Shown in pieces: positions 38,788 through 47,741 of a stretch of 64,000 nt of DNA (position 1 is its first letter; each line of letters starts with the position of its first letter). The stretch is from a virus: positions 58,453 through 122,452 of IMG/VR virus record IMGVR_UViG_3300042937_000216; one strand, given 5' to 3'. The position numbers were made by a program, and so were the translations under genes. The notes beneath the pieces are model-generated. The model saw only the letters and a list, made by a program, of their open reading frames with translations. It ran no database searches and was not told the DNA's origin.

Positions 38788-39789
38788 CTTAGGCAAGTAA
38801 TCCTGTATGGATATATGTTTTAACTTATCCTGTAACTCAATATCTTCTAGTAATTTTAAATAATCTGCGTCATTGGCGTTGGTATGCTCGGTGAATAGAT
38901 GTGCCACAGACCCTAATGATTCTTTAATGTGTTTAGGCAACGCATTAGGCGAATAGTGTCTAGGATAGTTTATTACATTGTGGTTATATTCTAATCCCTG
39001 TGATTCAAACCAACTAACAGTTTCATCGTAGTAGGCAATATTCAAGTTACTGATAGTATAGCTAGCACTTAGTTGTATGCCTAAACTTCTATACAATTCA
39101 ATATTTGACAGTAGTCTAGACCACTTGAGCGGATATCGTAGGTACTCAAACACTGGTCCGACTCCATCTATACTTAAACAGAAATTTAAATTCTTAAATT
39201 GTTTTAGTATAGACAACTGCTGATCAGTTAGTTCAACTGATCCATTGGTAACTATAGATATAAAGCAATTGGTATTGCCTACTGCTATTAAGTGCTCTAG
39301 TCTATCAAAGTTTGCGCTATCGTATAAAGGCTCGCCACCCAACAATGACAGCATCTTTAGATCTGCCCAATTGATCTTAGATTGATCACAGGGATTTATA
39401 ACTATTTCTTTTTTCTTTCCTAATAGTGTGGCCCAAGATGAACTAGCATTAAGATCCTTACAGGTAAAGCAGGTACTGTTACAAAGCGTGGAACTGTTTA
39501 TTTTAACAATCTGTTCAGAGAACTTGCCTTCTGAACAATCTTGCTTAATTAGTTCAATGGCCCTGTTGGAGTAAAAATCAAATGTCTGATTTTTAATTTG
39601 TCTGTCACTGGTGATTCCTTGGTCCTCTAATGTCCAGCACTGCTGGCATATTTTAGGACGTTGCCCGGCCAGCATCTCTGACTGTAATAATGTAACATCA
39701 GTTCCGACAGGCACAAGACAGCACGGAGTTGTACCGTTGTATTGATATTCGGTGCTGTAAAACGGCAATACGCAAAAGGAATCATTCAT
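38761..39789 (-). CDS. radical SAM protein with an N-terminal Cys-rich (twitch/SPASM-like) region
   Basis: FCVLPF..PCC, C..C...E, CNSTCFTC (CxxxCxxC), GGEP, TNGS, SIDG. Confidence 0.85.
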   Translation of the reverse strand: MNDSFCVLPFYSTEYQYNGTTPCCLVPVGTDVTLLQSEMLAGQRPKICQQCWTLEDQGITSDRQIKNQTFDFYSNRAIELIKQDCSEGKFSEQIVKINSSTLCNSTCFTCKDLNASSSWATLLGKKKEIVINPCDQSKINWADLKMLSLLGGEPLYDSANFDRLEHLIAVGNTNCFISIVTNGSVELTDQQLSILKQFKNLNFCLSIDGVGPVFEYLRYPLKWSRLLSNIELYRSLGIQLSASYTISNLNIAYYDETVSWFESQGLEYNHNVINYPRHYSPNALPKHIKESLGSVAHLFTEHTNANDADYLKLLEDIELQDKLKHISIQDYLPKLVDLFKSS

Positions 39790-39869
39790 TGTAAAGTTAT
39801 TTAACCTGTGCTATACTATAATAAATTAATTTTATTCTTCGATAAATACATTAAATTGGAGTAATCATT

Positions 39870-40118
39870 GTGCAGAAGCGCACCCGTAGTATACTAACAG
39901 AACTTGATGAACTGTTAACACACAAAGACAAGGACAGCCTCCTTGAGAGTCGTGCTAACAATATCATCAACGGTGCTATCAATTTGATCAAGCACATACA
40001 CGAAAACTACGATGCTGTCACAGCAGGCGAGTTAGAGCGTCGATTACTCAACGCCATCAAAGGACAAGACCCGAGTAAATTCACTCGCGGTATTAGGAAA
40101 TTACGTAATGAAGATTAA
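39870..40118 (+). CDS. conserved hypothetical protein
   Basis: TAAATA at 39843; GGAG SD; GTG start. Confidence 0.7.
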   Translation: MQKRTRSILTELDELLTHKDKDSLLESRANNIINGAINLIKHIHENYDAVTAGELERRLLNAIKGQDPSKFTRGIRKLRNED

Positions 40119-40608
40119 TGAAATTTTAAAAGAAGGGTTTTGGAGTGGTTTAGGTAATCTGGCACACGGTGCTGCGTTGGGTGCTACTAGTGCTATGAAA
40201 AATGCTCCAGACAGGCTTGGGGCAAGCACACGATTAGCCGCTGATCCAAGTAAAATAAAAGCATTACCAAAAACCTTTACTCCAAAAGCAAAAACAGACC
40301 CAGATAAAGACGAAGCAGGTGCGGATAAAGTACAGACTCCATCTAACAACGTTGGCGATCAACCTGTACCAAAAGGTAAGAGAATGTATGTTGTTTCTAA
40401 AGCCAATAAACAAATGTATTTTAAAACAGCAGACGGTCGTTGGTGGTACGTACCTAATCAAAACTTCCCAGACGCCGCATTAATAGTAGCATCAGCTAAC
40501 GCAGACAGTTTAGATCGTTTAACAAAAGACACAGTTGAATACGCTAAGTTTGTAGATATCGCCGTAGCAAAAACAGCGGGACAAGGTAAAGGCAAAAAAC
40601 GTAGATAA
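40108..40608 (+). CDS. hypothetical protein, possible head-internal protein
   Basis: N-terminus MKINEILKEG. Confidence 0.65.
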   Translation: MKINEILKEGFWSGLGNLAHGAALGATSAMKNAPDRLGASTRLAADPSKIKALPKTFTPKAKTDPDKDEAGADKVQTPSNNVGDQPVPKGKRMYVVSKANKQMYFKTADGRWWYVPNQNFPDAALIVASANADSLDRLTKDTVEYAKFVDIAVAKTAGQGKGKKRR

Positions 40609-41834
40609 TGAAATTATTTGAAATCCGCAAAGAAACACCTAAATGGCTGTTAACTGAAAGCAAAAACGTACACTTGGAACATTTAGAAGACTTAGTCTTT
40701 AACAGTGGCTACCAGGGTGCGATTGCGGCTCTTGACTACATCGAAAGTCTACGTCATATGTTAGCCGAAGGTACTGGTACAACAACACAGCTTACAGTTA
40801 AATGGGACGGCAGTCCGGCAATTATCTGCGGCATTGATCCACAAGACGGTAAGTTTTTTGTGGGCACCAAAGCAGTGTTTAGCAAAGGTGAACCTAAACT
40901 TATTAAGAGTGCCCGTGACGCAGAACGTTTCTACGGTGACCAACCTGAGTTGGCTAATATTCTAATAGAAGCATTAAAATATCTAAGCAAACTAAACATT
41001 GGTGGTGTAGTACAAGGCGACATGATGTTCACTGAAGGTAGTAAATCAGTTGAAAATATCAACGGTGAAGACTGCTATGTGTTTACTCCTAATACAATTA
41101 CCTATGCTGTACCAGTTGCTAGTGAAATTGGCAGTAGAATAGCACGTGCTAAGTTTGGCATTATATTCCATACTAGCTATGAGGGCGAGTCAGTTCCTGA
41201 GATGAAAAGTGGCTTCCTAGTAAACATACAGGGATTCAGCAAACATAGTGACGTATGGTTTGATGATGCTACCTATAAAGACTATACGGGTATTGCTAGT
41301 TTAACTCCTAGCGAAAATACTAAAATTACTAATATGTTGTCTGCTACAATGGCTACACTTGAAAAAGTGGGACAGCAACGCTTTGATGTTATTATTAGTA
41401 ATAAAGAGTTTGCCAAAAACATTAAGCCGTTTATTAATCGTAGCATACGTGCTGGCACACAAATAAGTGATCCTAACAAATTCCTACAAGATTTTATGAA
41501 GGATTACAACGCTCTACTTATGAAAGATGTAGAAAACGTCACCGATCGAGTAGCACAGAATAGACTAGCTAAGATCAAAGCCAAAGAGCAATGGGTAGCA
41601 GACAATGTTAATAACCTAATGGGTGTACTAGCAGTATACAAACGCCTAGTAGAAATGAAAGGCCTACTACTGCGTAAACTACAGCAAGTAGAAGGCATTG
41701 GTACATTCCAAAAAACCGCTGATGGATATAAAGTAACCACCCCAGAAGGCTTTGTTGCTATTGGGCACGATGGCGGCGCTATTAAACTAGTAGATAGACT
41801 TGAATTTTCACGCCAAAATTTCTTAAAAAGATAG
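40608..41834 (+). CDS. ligase-like nucleotidyltransferase-fold protein (DUF6267-like)
   Basis: KN.HLEHLED, TVKWDGSPA (KxDG), QGD, FTPNTITY, EGFV, IKLVDRLEFS. Confidence 0.7.
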   Translation: MKLFEIRKETPKWLLTESKNVHLEHLEDLVFNSGYQGAIAALDYIESLRHMLAEGTGTTTQLTVKWDGSPAIICGIDPQDGKFFVGTKAVFSKGEPKLIKSARDAERFYGDQPELANILIEALKYLSKLNIGGVVQGDMMFTEGSKSVENINGEDCYVFTPNTITYAVPVASEIGSRIARAKFGIIFHTSYEGESVPEMKSGFLVNIQGFSKHSDVWFDDATYKDYTGIASLTPSENTKITNMLSATMATLEKVGQQRFDVIISNKEFAKNIKPFINRSIRAGTQISDPNKFLQDFMKDYNALLMKDVENVTDRVAQNRLAKIKAKEQWVADNVNNLMGVLAVYKRLVEMKGLLLRKLQQVEGIGTFQKTADGYKVTTPEGFVAIGHDGGAIKLVDRLEFSRQNFLKR

Positions 41835-41914
41835 TTATCTACGTGGTTAATTTTTTACACGCGGCATAAATAAATGTAAGCGCGAAAGCGTACAATTATT
41901 AGGAGATTTATAAA

Positions 41915-42274
41915 ATGGCAACATTTACACGTACAAACCCAACAGCAGTAGCTCGCGGTACAATCCAACGCAACACAGCACAATCAGTATATAAAGTAGT
42001 TTTAAGTGGCGGTATTGCAGCTGCAGCAACAGATGCAGCAGCAGCTAAAATTTCTGACGCAATTGGTTCAGTTACAGGTACTTTCCAATTCAAATCAGAC
42101 GGTTCTGAAATTTACATGATCGTTGACCGTGTTAACACATCAATCGGTGTAGTTGCTGGTCTAATCGCTCAAGTATTAGATACAGGTACATATTCAGTAT
42201 CAGGTGGCGTTGCTACACTATCAACTAGCGCAACGGTAACTGTTACAGAGCCAACTGACTTAGAAGGTATGTAA
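41915..42274 (+). CDS. putative virion structural protein
   Basis: TAAATA at 41867, 5' GAAA-loop hairpin, AGGAG SD, Ala/Thr-rich, own terminator. Confidence 0.7.
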   Translation: MATFTRTNPTAVARGTIQRNTAQSVYKVVLSGGIAAAATDAAAAKISDAIGSVTGTFQFKSDGSEIYMIVDRVNTSIGVVAGLIAQVLDTGTYSVSGGVATLSTSATVTVTEPTDLEGM

Positions 42275-42300
42275 TATAACCTGGTTATTATAACCAAACT

Positions 42301-42328
42301 AAAAGCACCGTTCGCGGTGCTTTTTTTA
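42301..42328 (+). terminator. Rho-independent terminator
   Basis: AAAAGCACCG-TTCG-CGGTGCTTTTTTT. Confidence 0.9.
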
Positions 42329-42359
42329 TGGCGCAACTTTCTATCTATAAATATCTTAT

Positions 42360-42764
42360 ATGATTACTGACGAACAAAGAACACATACCTACAAAGGTTA
42401 CACCCTAATAGACATTACTAATACGGGTATTACTAAATTTTCTATAGAAGCAGAACAAGCTCGCAATCAACAGCGTAATTGGGAAACAGTTGTACAGATT
42501 CTTGGTATGCGTACACAGTTATTTCGTGTCGAACAAACTGGTGTTAGATCTCAAGATGTTTCGACATATAAATTTGGTAACGCTTACAAAGGCAAGCACC
42601 AAATTTGGTCTTTTGAATTCGATGTTGAATTTCAAAATGCTGTACCATCAGCCGACTTTGATCAGGTACCTGTTATAACAGGTCTAACCGATACAGCTAA
42701 CCCCACTACTCCGCTGTTCTACACTACCGGCATCAATAAAAACATATATTTTGATTTAGTCTAA
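42360..42764 (+). CDS. conserved hypothetical protein
   Basis: TLIDIT.TG, RNQQRNWET..Q; TAAATA 6 nt before the ATG. Confidence 0.7.
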   Translation: MITDEQRTHTYKGYTLIDITNTGITKFSIEAEQARNQQRNWETVVQILGMRTQLFRVEQTGVRSQDVSTYKFGNAYKGKHQIWSFEFDVEFQNAVPSADFDQVPVITGLTDTANPTTPLFYTTGINKNIYFDLV

Positions 42765-42869
42765 ATTTATAAATACTAGTTGATGCTATAACATCACATT
42801 ATTACGGCACATATTAAGGCATAAGATTAAGGCTCAGAAAAAACGCATCGCTAACTATGGAAGCGACGT

Positions 42870-43154
42870 ATGTCAACCACTACTGAAATTGAAAAGAAGA
42901 ATCTAGAAGCCCACGTTGAAATATGTGCCGAGAGGTACAAAAACTTGGAAACTAAATTACAAAACTTAGACGATCGTATCGATACCATCGACGGCCGTAT
43001 GGACAAAGTTGAAGGGCATCTTATTGCTATCAAGGATGCTGTGTCTGCCGGTGACGAAAAATCTTCTAATAGAACATTTAATATCATTATGACCATCTTT
43101 GGAGTAATCTTAACAGCCCTGTTAGGAATTATTGCCAAAGGATTATTCCAATAA
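42870..43154 (+). CDS. coiled-coil protein with a C-terminal TM segment (holin- or XhlA-like)
   Basis: LEAHVE.CAERY, heptads, hydrophobic C-terminus. Confidence 0.6.
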   Translation: MSTTTEIEKKNLEAHVEICAERYKNLETKLQNLDDRIDTIDGRMDKVEGHLIAIKDAVSAGDEKSSNRTFNIIMTIFGVILTALLGIIAKGLFQ

Positions 43155-43178
43155 ATAAAGTTAACGCAGAGTAACTTT

Positions 43179-43385
43179 ATGAAAATCGTAGAATTAACCA
43201 ACAAAGTCTTATTACCTATTACCAATGAAGAGCATGAGCTTCTTACACGTATAGGTGATAGTTCTATGCCTAAAAGCCACCTTGAAGAACGTGAACAAAT
43301 ACTGGCCAATCAATTAACCGTAAAGGATGTTCTACTGCGTACTAATGAAGATGGCAAAATCCACTACAAAAAACGCACCAACTGA
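43179..43385 (+). CDS. hypothetical protein
   Basis: TAAATA at 43152; MKIVEL N-terminus. Confidence 0.7.
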   Translation: MKIVELTNKVLLPITNEEHELLTRIGDSSMPKSHLEEREQILANQLTVKDVLLRTNEDGKIHYKKRTN

Positions 43386-43836
43386 GATTAATCTCGAAAA
43401 AATCCGCAGATTCACAGAAACGGAATTAAGTAAACTTGGTAATTCAGAATTGCCTGTGTGCTATCAAATTGGCACGGATGTATTGGTTGGCAAACTTAAA
43501 GTAATAAAAGTCAACGATAAGTGCTGGAGTGTGTTTGACCAAGAACAACAAATATTTGATTTCTTCACACGTAAAGATGCTATTTTTTATTGTATAGCAG
43601 TACATCAAAAACAGTACAACCTAGCCAACGAAATTAAAACGGCTGATGATCTTTTGAATAGACTAGAGTTTGAAGCTATACTGTTTAGACATAGATACAA
43701 AACAGCCAACGAAAAACAAGACGATTGGAGTGCTGAATATTACAGCACTAAATATCAAGAAACAATACACAAATTAAACAAAGTCAAAAAAGAATTACAG
43801 AAATCTTTAAACTTGGCTAAATATATTAAAGTCTAA
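43351..43836 (+). CDS. hypothetical protein
   Basis: ORF in the late block; start uncertain (43327, 43345 or 43351). Confidence 0.65.
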   Translation: MAKSTTKNAPTEINLEKIRRFTETELSKLGNSELPVCYQIGTDVLVGKLKVIKVNDKCWSVFDQEQQIFDFFTRKDAIFYCIAVHQKQYNLANEIKTADDLLNRLEFEAILFRHRYKTANEKQDDWSAEYYSTKYQETIHKLNKVKKELQKSLNLAKYIKV

Positions 43837-43852
43837 ACAGGAATTAGAAACT

Positions 43853-44536
43853 ATGAAACTAGCAGAAATGGCAAGAACATCGGCCAAGAAAATGAACAAA
43901 GTAATGGAAAGCCGTTTCGGTTTTGCTCTTGACTTCAATAAAATGACAGTTGAAAAAGCAGAACGTTTAAGTGAAACGATTGCTGACAACTTAAACAAAA
44001 TCCGCCACAGCGTAGAATTACACACTGCTGAAAAGAATCCACGTTATATGGAACTTTTAACTGTTCGTGAAAGCCTAAGCACATGGTTATCAGAGCAACG
44101 TAGCCAACTTAACGAAGGCGAAGTAAGCAACGCTGAAGTATTGTTAGCTGCTAAAGACATGGTAGATAGCGTTCAAGACGCTATTGAGAAAGTTGGTAAA
44201 ATGCAAAATGAACAACTTCCACAACTATTAGACAGTATCCGTGATCAACTTGGTGCTGAACAAGCAGACGGCTTTAAAAACGCTGTTGGTTCTACACTAG
44301 AAACACTAATGGGCAACCTACAACAAGCACGTGAAGGCGTAGACAACGGTGTACGTATTCTTTCAGGTGAAGCAGTTGACAATCCAATGGCAATGCCTGG
44401 TGATGATTTAGGTAACGAATTAGGTGATTTACCTCCATTACCTACTAGCGATTTAGATGCTGACGAAGGCGACGGTTTTGCTGCTAGCGATGCCGCTGTT
44501 GGTGGCGCAGAAGAATTAGGTAGAGAAAAACGCTAA
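43853..44536 (+). CDS. putative prohead core or scaffold-like protein
   Basis: Helical with an acidic C-terminus, L.E motifs (LNEGE), TAAATA at 43818, ends LGREKR. Confidence 0.55.
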   Translation: MKLAEMARTSAKKMNKVMESRFGFALDFNKMTVEKAERLSETIADNLNKIRHSVELHTAEKNPRYMELLTVRESLSTWLSEQRSQLNEGEVSNAEVLLAAKDMVDSVQDAIEKVGKMQNEQLPQLLDSIRDQLGAEQADGFKNAVGSTLETLMGNLQQAREGVDNGVRILSGEAVDNPMAMPGDDLGNELGDLPPLPTSDLDADEGDGFAASDAAVGGAEELGREKR

Positions 44537-44907
44537 TGCGTTTGAGTGAATTTGAACACAGCTCTACAAACACTCCAGAGTCTAATTTATTAACGGCTCT
44601 GGAGCTTATTCGCAACCGTTACAACGATCAAGATAAACTTCCAAAAATTAGCACACAAAGTCTTATCAACATGGTATTGAATACTGATAAGACATTCAAC
44701 TATGATAGCTTAGTTGCCGCAAATGATACTAATCCAGCAGTAAAAAATCTAATCAAAAGTTATAACAAAGACTACGTTGAATTGCGTTCAGCAGATGAAG
44801 CGCAAGACGACGAAGGTTATAATACCCCAGATGTTGATTCCCCTGTAGATGTCGTGCCGAGTATGGCTAAAAAAGCAGCCAAAAAACGCGACGTCGATTT
44901 ATTCTAA
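44536..44907 (+). CDS. hypothetical protein
   Basis: Coupled ORF; MRLSEF N-terminus; V..MAKKA C-terminus. Confidence 0.7.
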   Translation: MRLSEFEHSSTNTPESNLLTALELIRNRYNDQDKLPKISTQSLINMVLNTDKTFNYDSLVAANDTNPAVKNLIKSYNKDYVELRSADEAQDDEGYNTPDVDSPVDVVPSMAKKAAKKRDVDLF

Positions 44908-44913
44908 TAGACA

Positions 44914-46089
44914 ATGAATATCCAGCAGTTAGTTGAGAGCAAAAGTTTTTGCATCTTGCCGTTTGTTCGACAAACACTGTGGTATGATGGTAGTTATAAA
45001 CTATGCTGTTATGCTGGTGGCTCTACAATAGAACAAGCAAACACCAGTCAAGAATCATTTAACACACCCGAACTTAAACAAATACGAAACTCCTTCCTAC
45101 GCCAAGAATTTCCTACACAATGTCAAGGTTGTAAAACATTAACAGATAATGGGCTAGTTAGTCCGGCATATAACGAAAATCAAGGGTGGTTTGCTGATCC
45201 AGTAAAACAACAAGCAGCTATTGATGTTATCGATCAAGCCCTACTTGGGCAAGACCTATTACCGCAGATGTTAGATATAAGATATAGCAATGTGTGTAAT
45301 CTAAAATGTAGGACCTGTAATCCATATAATAGTAGTGCTATTCAAGCAGAAAATAACAACATGCAGTTGACATCGGAAAAGAAATTTCCTATACATCCAA
45401 CTAAACAAAAGTATAATCACGCATTTCCTAAAACAGACGATCGCCTATTTAGATTATACTTTGCCGGTGGCGAGCCGTTAATAGAACAATATAATTTAGA
45501 TTTCCTAGCACATTGGACTACAGTTGACACTCCGATAATTATTAATACTAATCTTACAGTATTGTCTAATACTGTTTTAGAACTATTTAAAAAGTTTAAT
45601 AATATTACACTTAATGTTTCGATTGATGCTTACGGAAAATTAAATGATTATATTCGACACGGGTCAAATTTTAATACAATAATTAATAATCTAAACTCGG
45701 TGACTCAATTGCCGAATATCACAGTTACATTTAATACAGTATTGAATAATTATAATGTATTTGATATATCTACGTTGGCAAAATTCTTCAATGATCATTA
45801 TAATCATATTCCGTGGAGCATACAACCTGTATGTGACGAGCAGGAATTATTTTTAGAATGTTTACCATATGAACTAAGACAAGATGCGATCGATACATTA
45901 GAACAGACATTAGAGTTAGTACCCGATAATTCTAACATTATCAACGATAGTATAACAGTATTAAAATCAAATGTGTTAGATCGAATCAATTTTAATAATT
46001 TCATTAAATACGCTAAACTATTAGATACCCGACGTGGTGAATGTCTAATAGATCTAGTACCGCAGTATAAATCTTACTACTTGACATAG
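44914..46089 (+). CDS. radical SAM protein with an N-terminal Cys-rich (twitch/SPASM-like) region
   Basis: FCILPF, LCC, C.GC, CNLKCRTC.P..SS, YFAGGEP, NTN, SID, YIR. Confidence 0.88.
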   Translation: MNIQQLVESKSFCILPFVRQTLWYDGSYKLCCYAGGSTIEQANTSQESFNTPELKQIRNSFLRQEFPTQCQGCKTLTDNGLVSPAYNENQGWFADPVKQQAAIDVIDQALLGQDLLPQMLDIRYSNVCNLKCRTCNPYNSSAIQAENNNMQLTSEKKFPIHPTKQKYNHAFPKTDDRLFRLYFAGGEPLIEQYNLDFLAHWTTVDTPIIINTNLTVLSNTVLELFKKFNNITLNVSIDAYGKLNDYIRHGSNFNTIINNLNSVTQLPNITVTFNTVLNNYNVFDISTLAKFFNDHYNHIPWSIQPVCDEQELFLECLPYELRQDAIDTLEQTLELVPDNSNIINDSITVLKSNVLDRINFNNFIKYAKLLDTRRGECLIDLVPQYKSYYLT

Positions 46090-46134
46090 TACAATAAATA
46101 GTGTAGTATAATACTCAACTATTGGAGAATTGTT

Positions 46135-46518
46135 ATGGCTTATTCAGCCCAAGTACTAGATCACTACGAAAATCCCCGCAATGTAGGAACTTTAGATAAG
46201 AACGACCCAAATGTTGGTACAGGCATGGTCGGTGCTCCAGCTTGTGGCGATGTCATGAAACTACAAATTGAAGTAAACAACGGAATAATAACAGATGCTA
46301 AATTTAAAACCTATGGGTGTGGATCAGCAATCGCAAGTTCATCGCTGGTTACTGAAATGCTCAAAGGCATGACCATAGACCAAGCATTTACAATCAAAAA
46401 CTCAGCAATAGCAGAAGAACTTGCCCTGCCGCCCGTTAAGATACACTGTTCAGTTTTAGCCGAAGACGCAATTAAAAGTGCGATAGCAGACTACAAATTA
46501 AAACAAGGAAATGATTAA
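46135..46518 (+). CDS. iscU: Fe-S cluster scaffold IscU
   Basis: DHYENPRNVG, GAPACGDVM, FKTYGCGSAIASS, LPPVKIHCS. Confidence 0.97.
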   Translation: MAYSAQVLDHYENPRNVGTLDKNDPNVGTGMVGAPACGDVMKLQIEVNNGIITDAKFKTYGCGSAIASSSLVTEMLKGMTIDQAFTIKNSAIAEELALPPVKIHCSVLAEDAIKSAIADYKLKQGND

Positions 46519-46670
46519 TGGAAGAAGTAGAGAGTCCATGTATCGGTGTTTGTAGACTAGATAACGATGTATGTCGTGGATGTAATCGCACAACCGAAGA
46601 AATAGTAGAATGGTACAATTTTACCAATGAACAAAAACAAAAAGTATTAGATAGAATTTTCAATGATTAA
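46518..46670 (+). CDS. DUF1289-family small Cys-rich protein
   Basis: Translated by hand: SPCIGVCRLD..VCRGC.RT.EEI.EW; between iscU and iscA. Confidence 0.8.
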   Translation: MEEVESPCIGVCRLDNDVCRGCNRTTEEIVEWYNFTNEQKQKVLDRIFND

Positions 46671-46983
46671 TATAACACAAGTAGCTGCAGACAAGATTAA
46701 GAAAAGCATCACTGCTAGGGGTAGGGGCGTGGGAATTAAAATTGGTGTTAAGACCAGCGGATGTTCGGGCATGAGCTATGTGTTAGAATTTGTTGACTCA
46801 CCAACAGCTGACGACATGCAATTTGAATCCTACGGTGCTACAGTATTTGTTGATAATAAAAGTCTAGTTTATCTAGATGGATTAACTGTTGACTGGCTCA
46901 AGAAAGGGCTTAATGAAGGGTTTGAGTTTATTAACCCTAATGCTACAGGTGAATGTGGGTGTGGGGAATCATTTACTGTTTGA
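46663..46983 (+). CDS. iscA: A-type Fe-S carrier IscA
   Basis: GVKTSGCSGMSY, GLNEGFEF.NPN...CGCGESF. Confidence 0.95.
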   Translation: MINITQVAADKIKKSITARGRGVGIKIGVKTSGCSGMSYVLEFVDSPTADDMQFESYGATVFVDNKSLVYLDGLTVDWLKKGLNEGFEFINPNATGECGCGESFTV

Positions 46984-47014
46984 CATTAGTGTATAGAACA
47001 TATATACTAATAAG

Positions 47015-47713
47015 ATGCTTATACAAAAATACAACTACACACCTATCCTACGTGAAAGCGTAGAAGGTCGGCGTTTATACGCTACCCCCGGCGGTAACAA
47101 AGTTCCTAGTGTTACTACAATCTTAGATAAAACTAAACCCAAAGAAAAGATGGAAGCCCTTGCTAACTGGCGTAAATCAGTTGGCGAAGCTAAAGCTCAG
47201 GAAATCACCACAGAAGCCGCTAATCGCGGAACACGCATGCACAAGTGGTTAGAGGATTATGTACAAAATAATCGAGTTATGGGTGAGCCTGGAACTAATC
47301 CATTTAGCCAACAAAGCTATGCCATGGCGCAGAGTATCGTAGACAATGGTCTGGTACATGTCAACGAAATGTGGGGCATAGAAGTGCCATTATACGTAGA
47401 AGGACTCTACGCTGGTACTACTGACGCCTGCGGAATTTACAAGTCAAAACCGGCTATTATTGACTACAAACAGACCAATAAACCTAAGAAAACTGAATGG
47501 ATTGAAGACTATTTCCTCCAGTTATGTGCCTACGGACTAGCACACAACGAAACACACGGAACTGACATACAGCAAGGTGTTATCCTAATGGCAGTAGCAC
47601 CTAAGCCGGGCGAAACTGTGCAGTTTCAAACGTGGACGGTTGAAGGGCAAGAATGGGAAAAGTGGACAGCTAAGTGGTTAGAAAGAGTTGAGCAGTATTA
47701 TAAATTAGCATAA
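47015..47713 (+). CDS. PD-(D/E)XK exonuclease
   Basis: PSVTTIL, RGT.MH, E..L, YAGTTD, IIDYK, YFLQLCAY; leaderless promoter TTGACA-N17-TATACT-N6-ATG. Confidence 0.88.
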   Translation: MLIQKYNYTPILRESVEGRRLYATPGGNKVPSVTTILDKTKPKEKMEALANWRKSVGEAKAQEITTEAANRGTRMHKWLEDYVQNNRVMGEPGTNPFSQQSYAMAQSIVDNGLVHVNEMWGIEVPLYVEGLYAGTTDACGIYKSKPAIIDYKQTNKPKKTEWIEDYFLQLCAYGLAHNETHGTDIQQGVILMAVAPKPGETVQFQTWTVEGQEWEKWTAKWLERVEQYYKLA

Positions 47714-47741
47714 ATACTCGATATAGAACTAAGGTGAGAAC

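Noticed and set aside
47015-47713. Cas4 as part of a CRISPR system
   Set aside because: It lacks the Fe-S cysteine pattern and any CRISPR context; it fits a common phage PD-(D/E)XK exonuclease.
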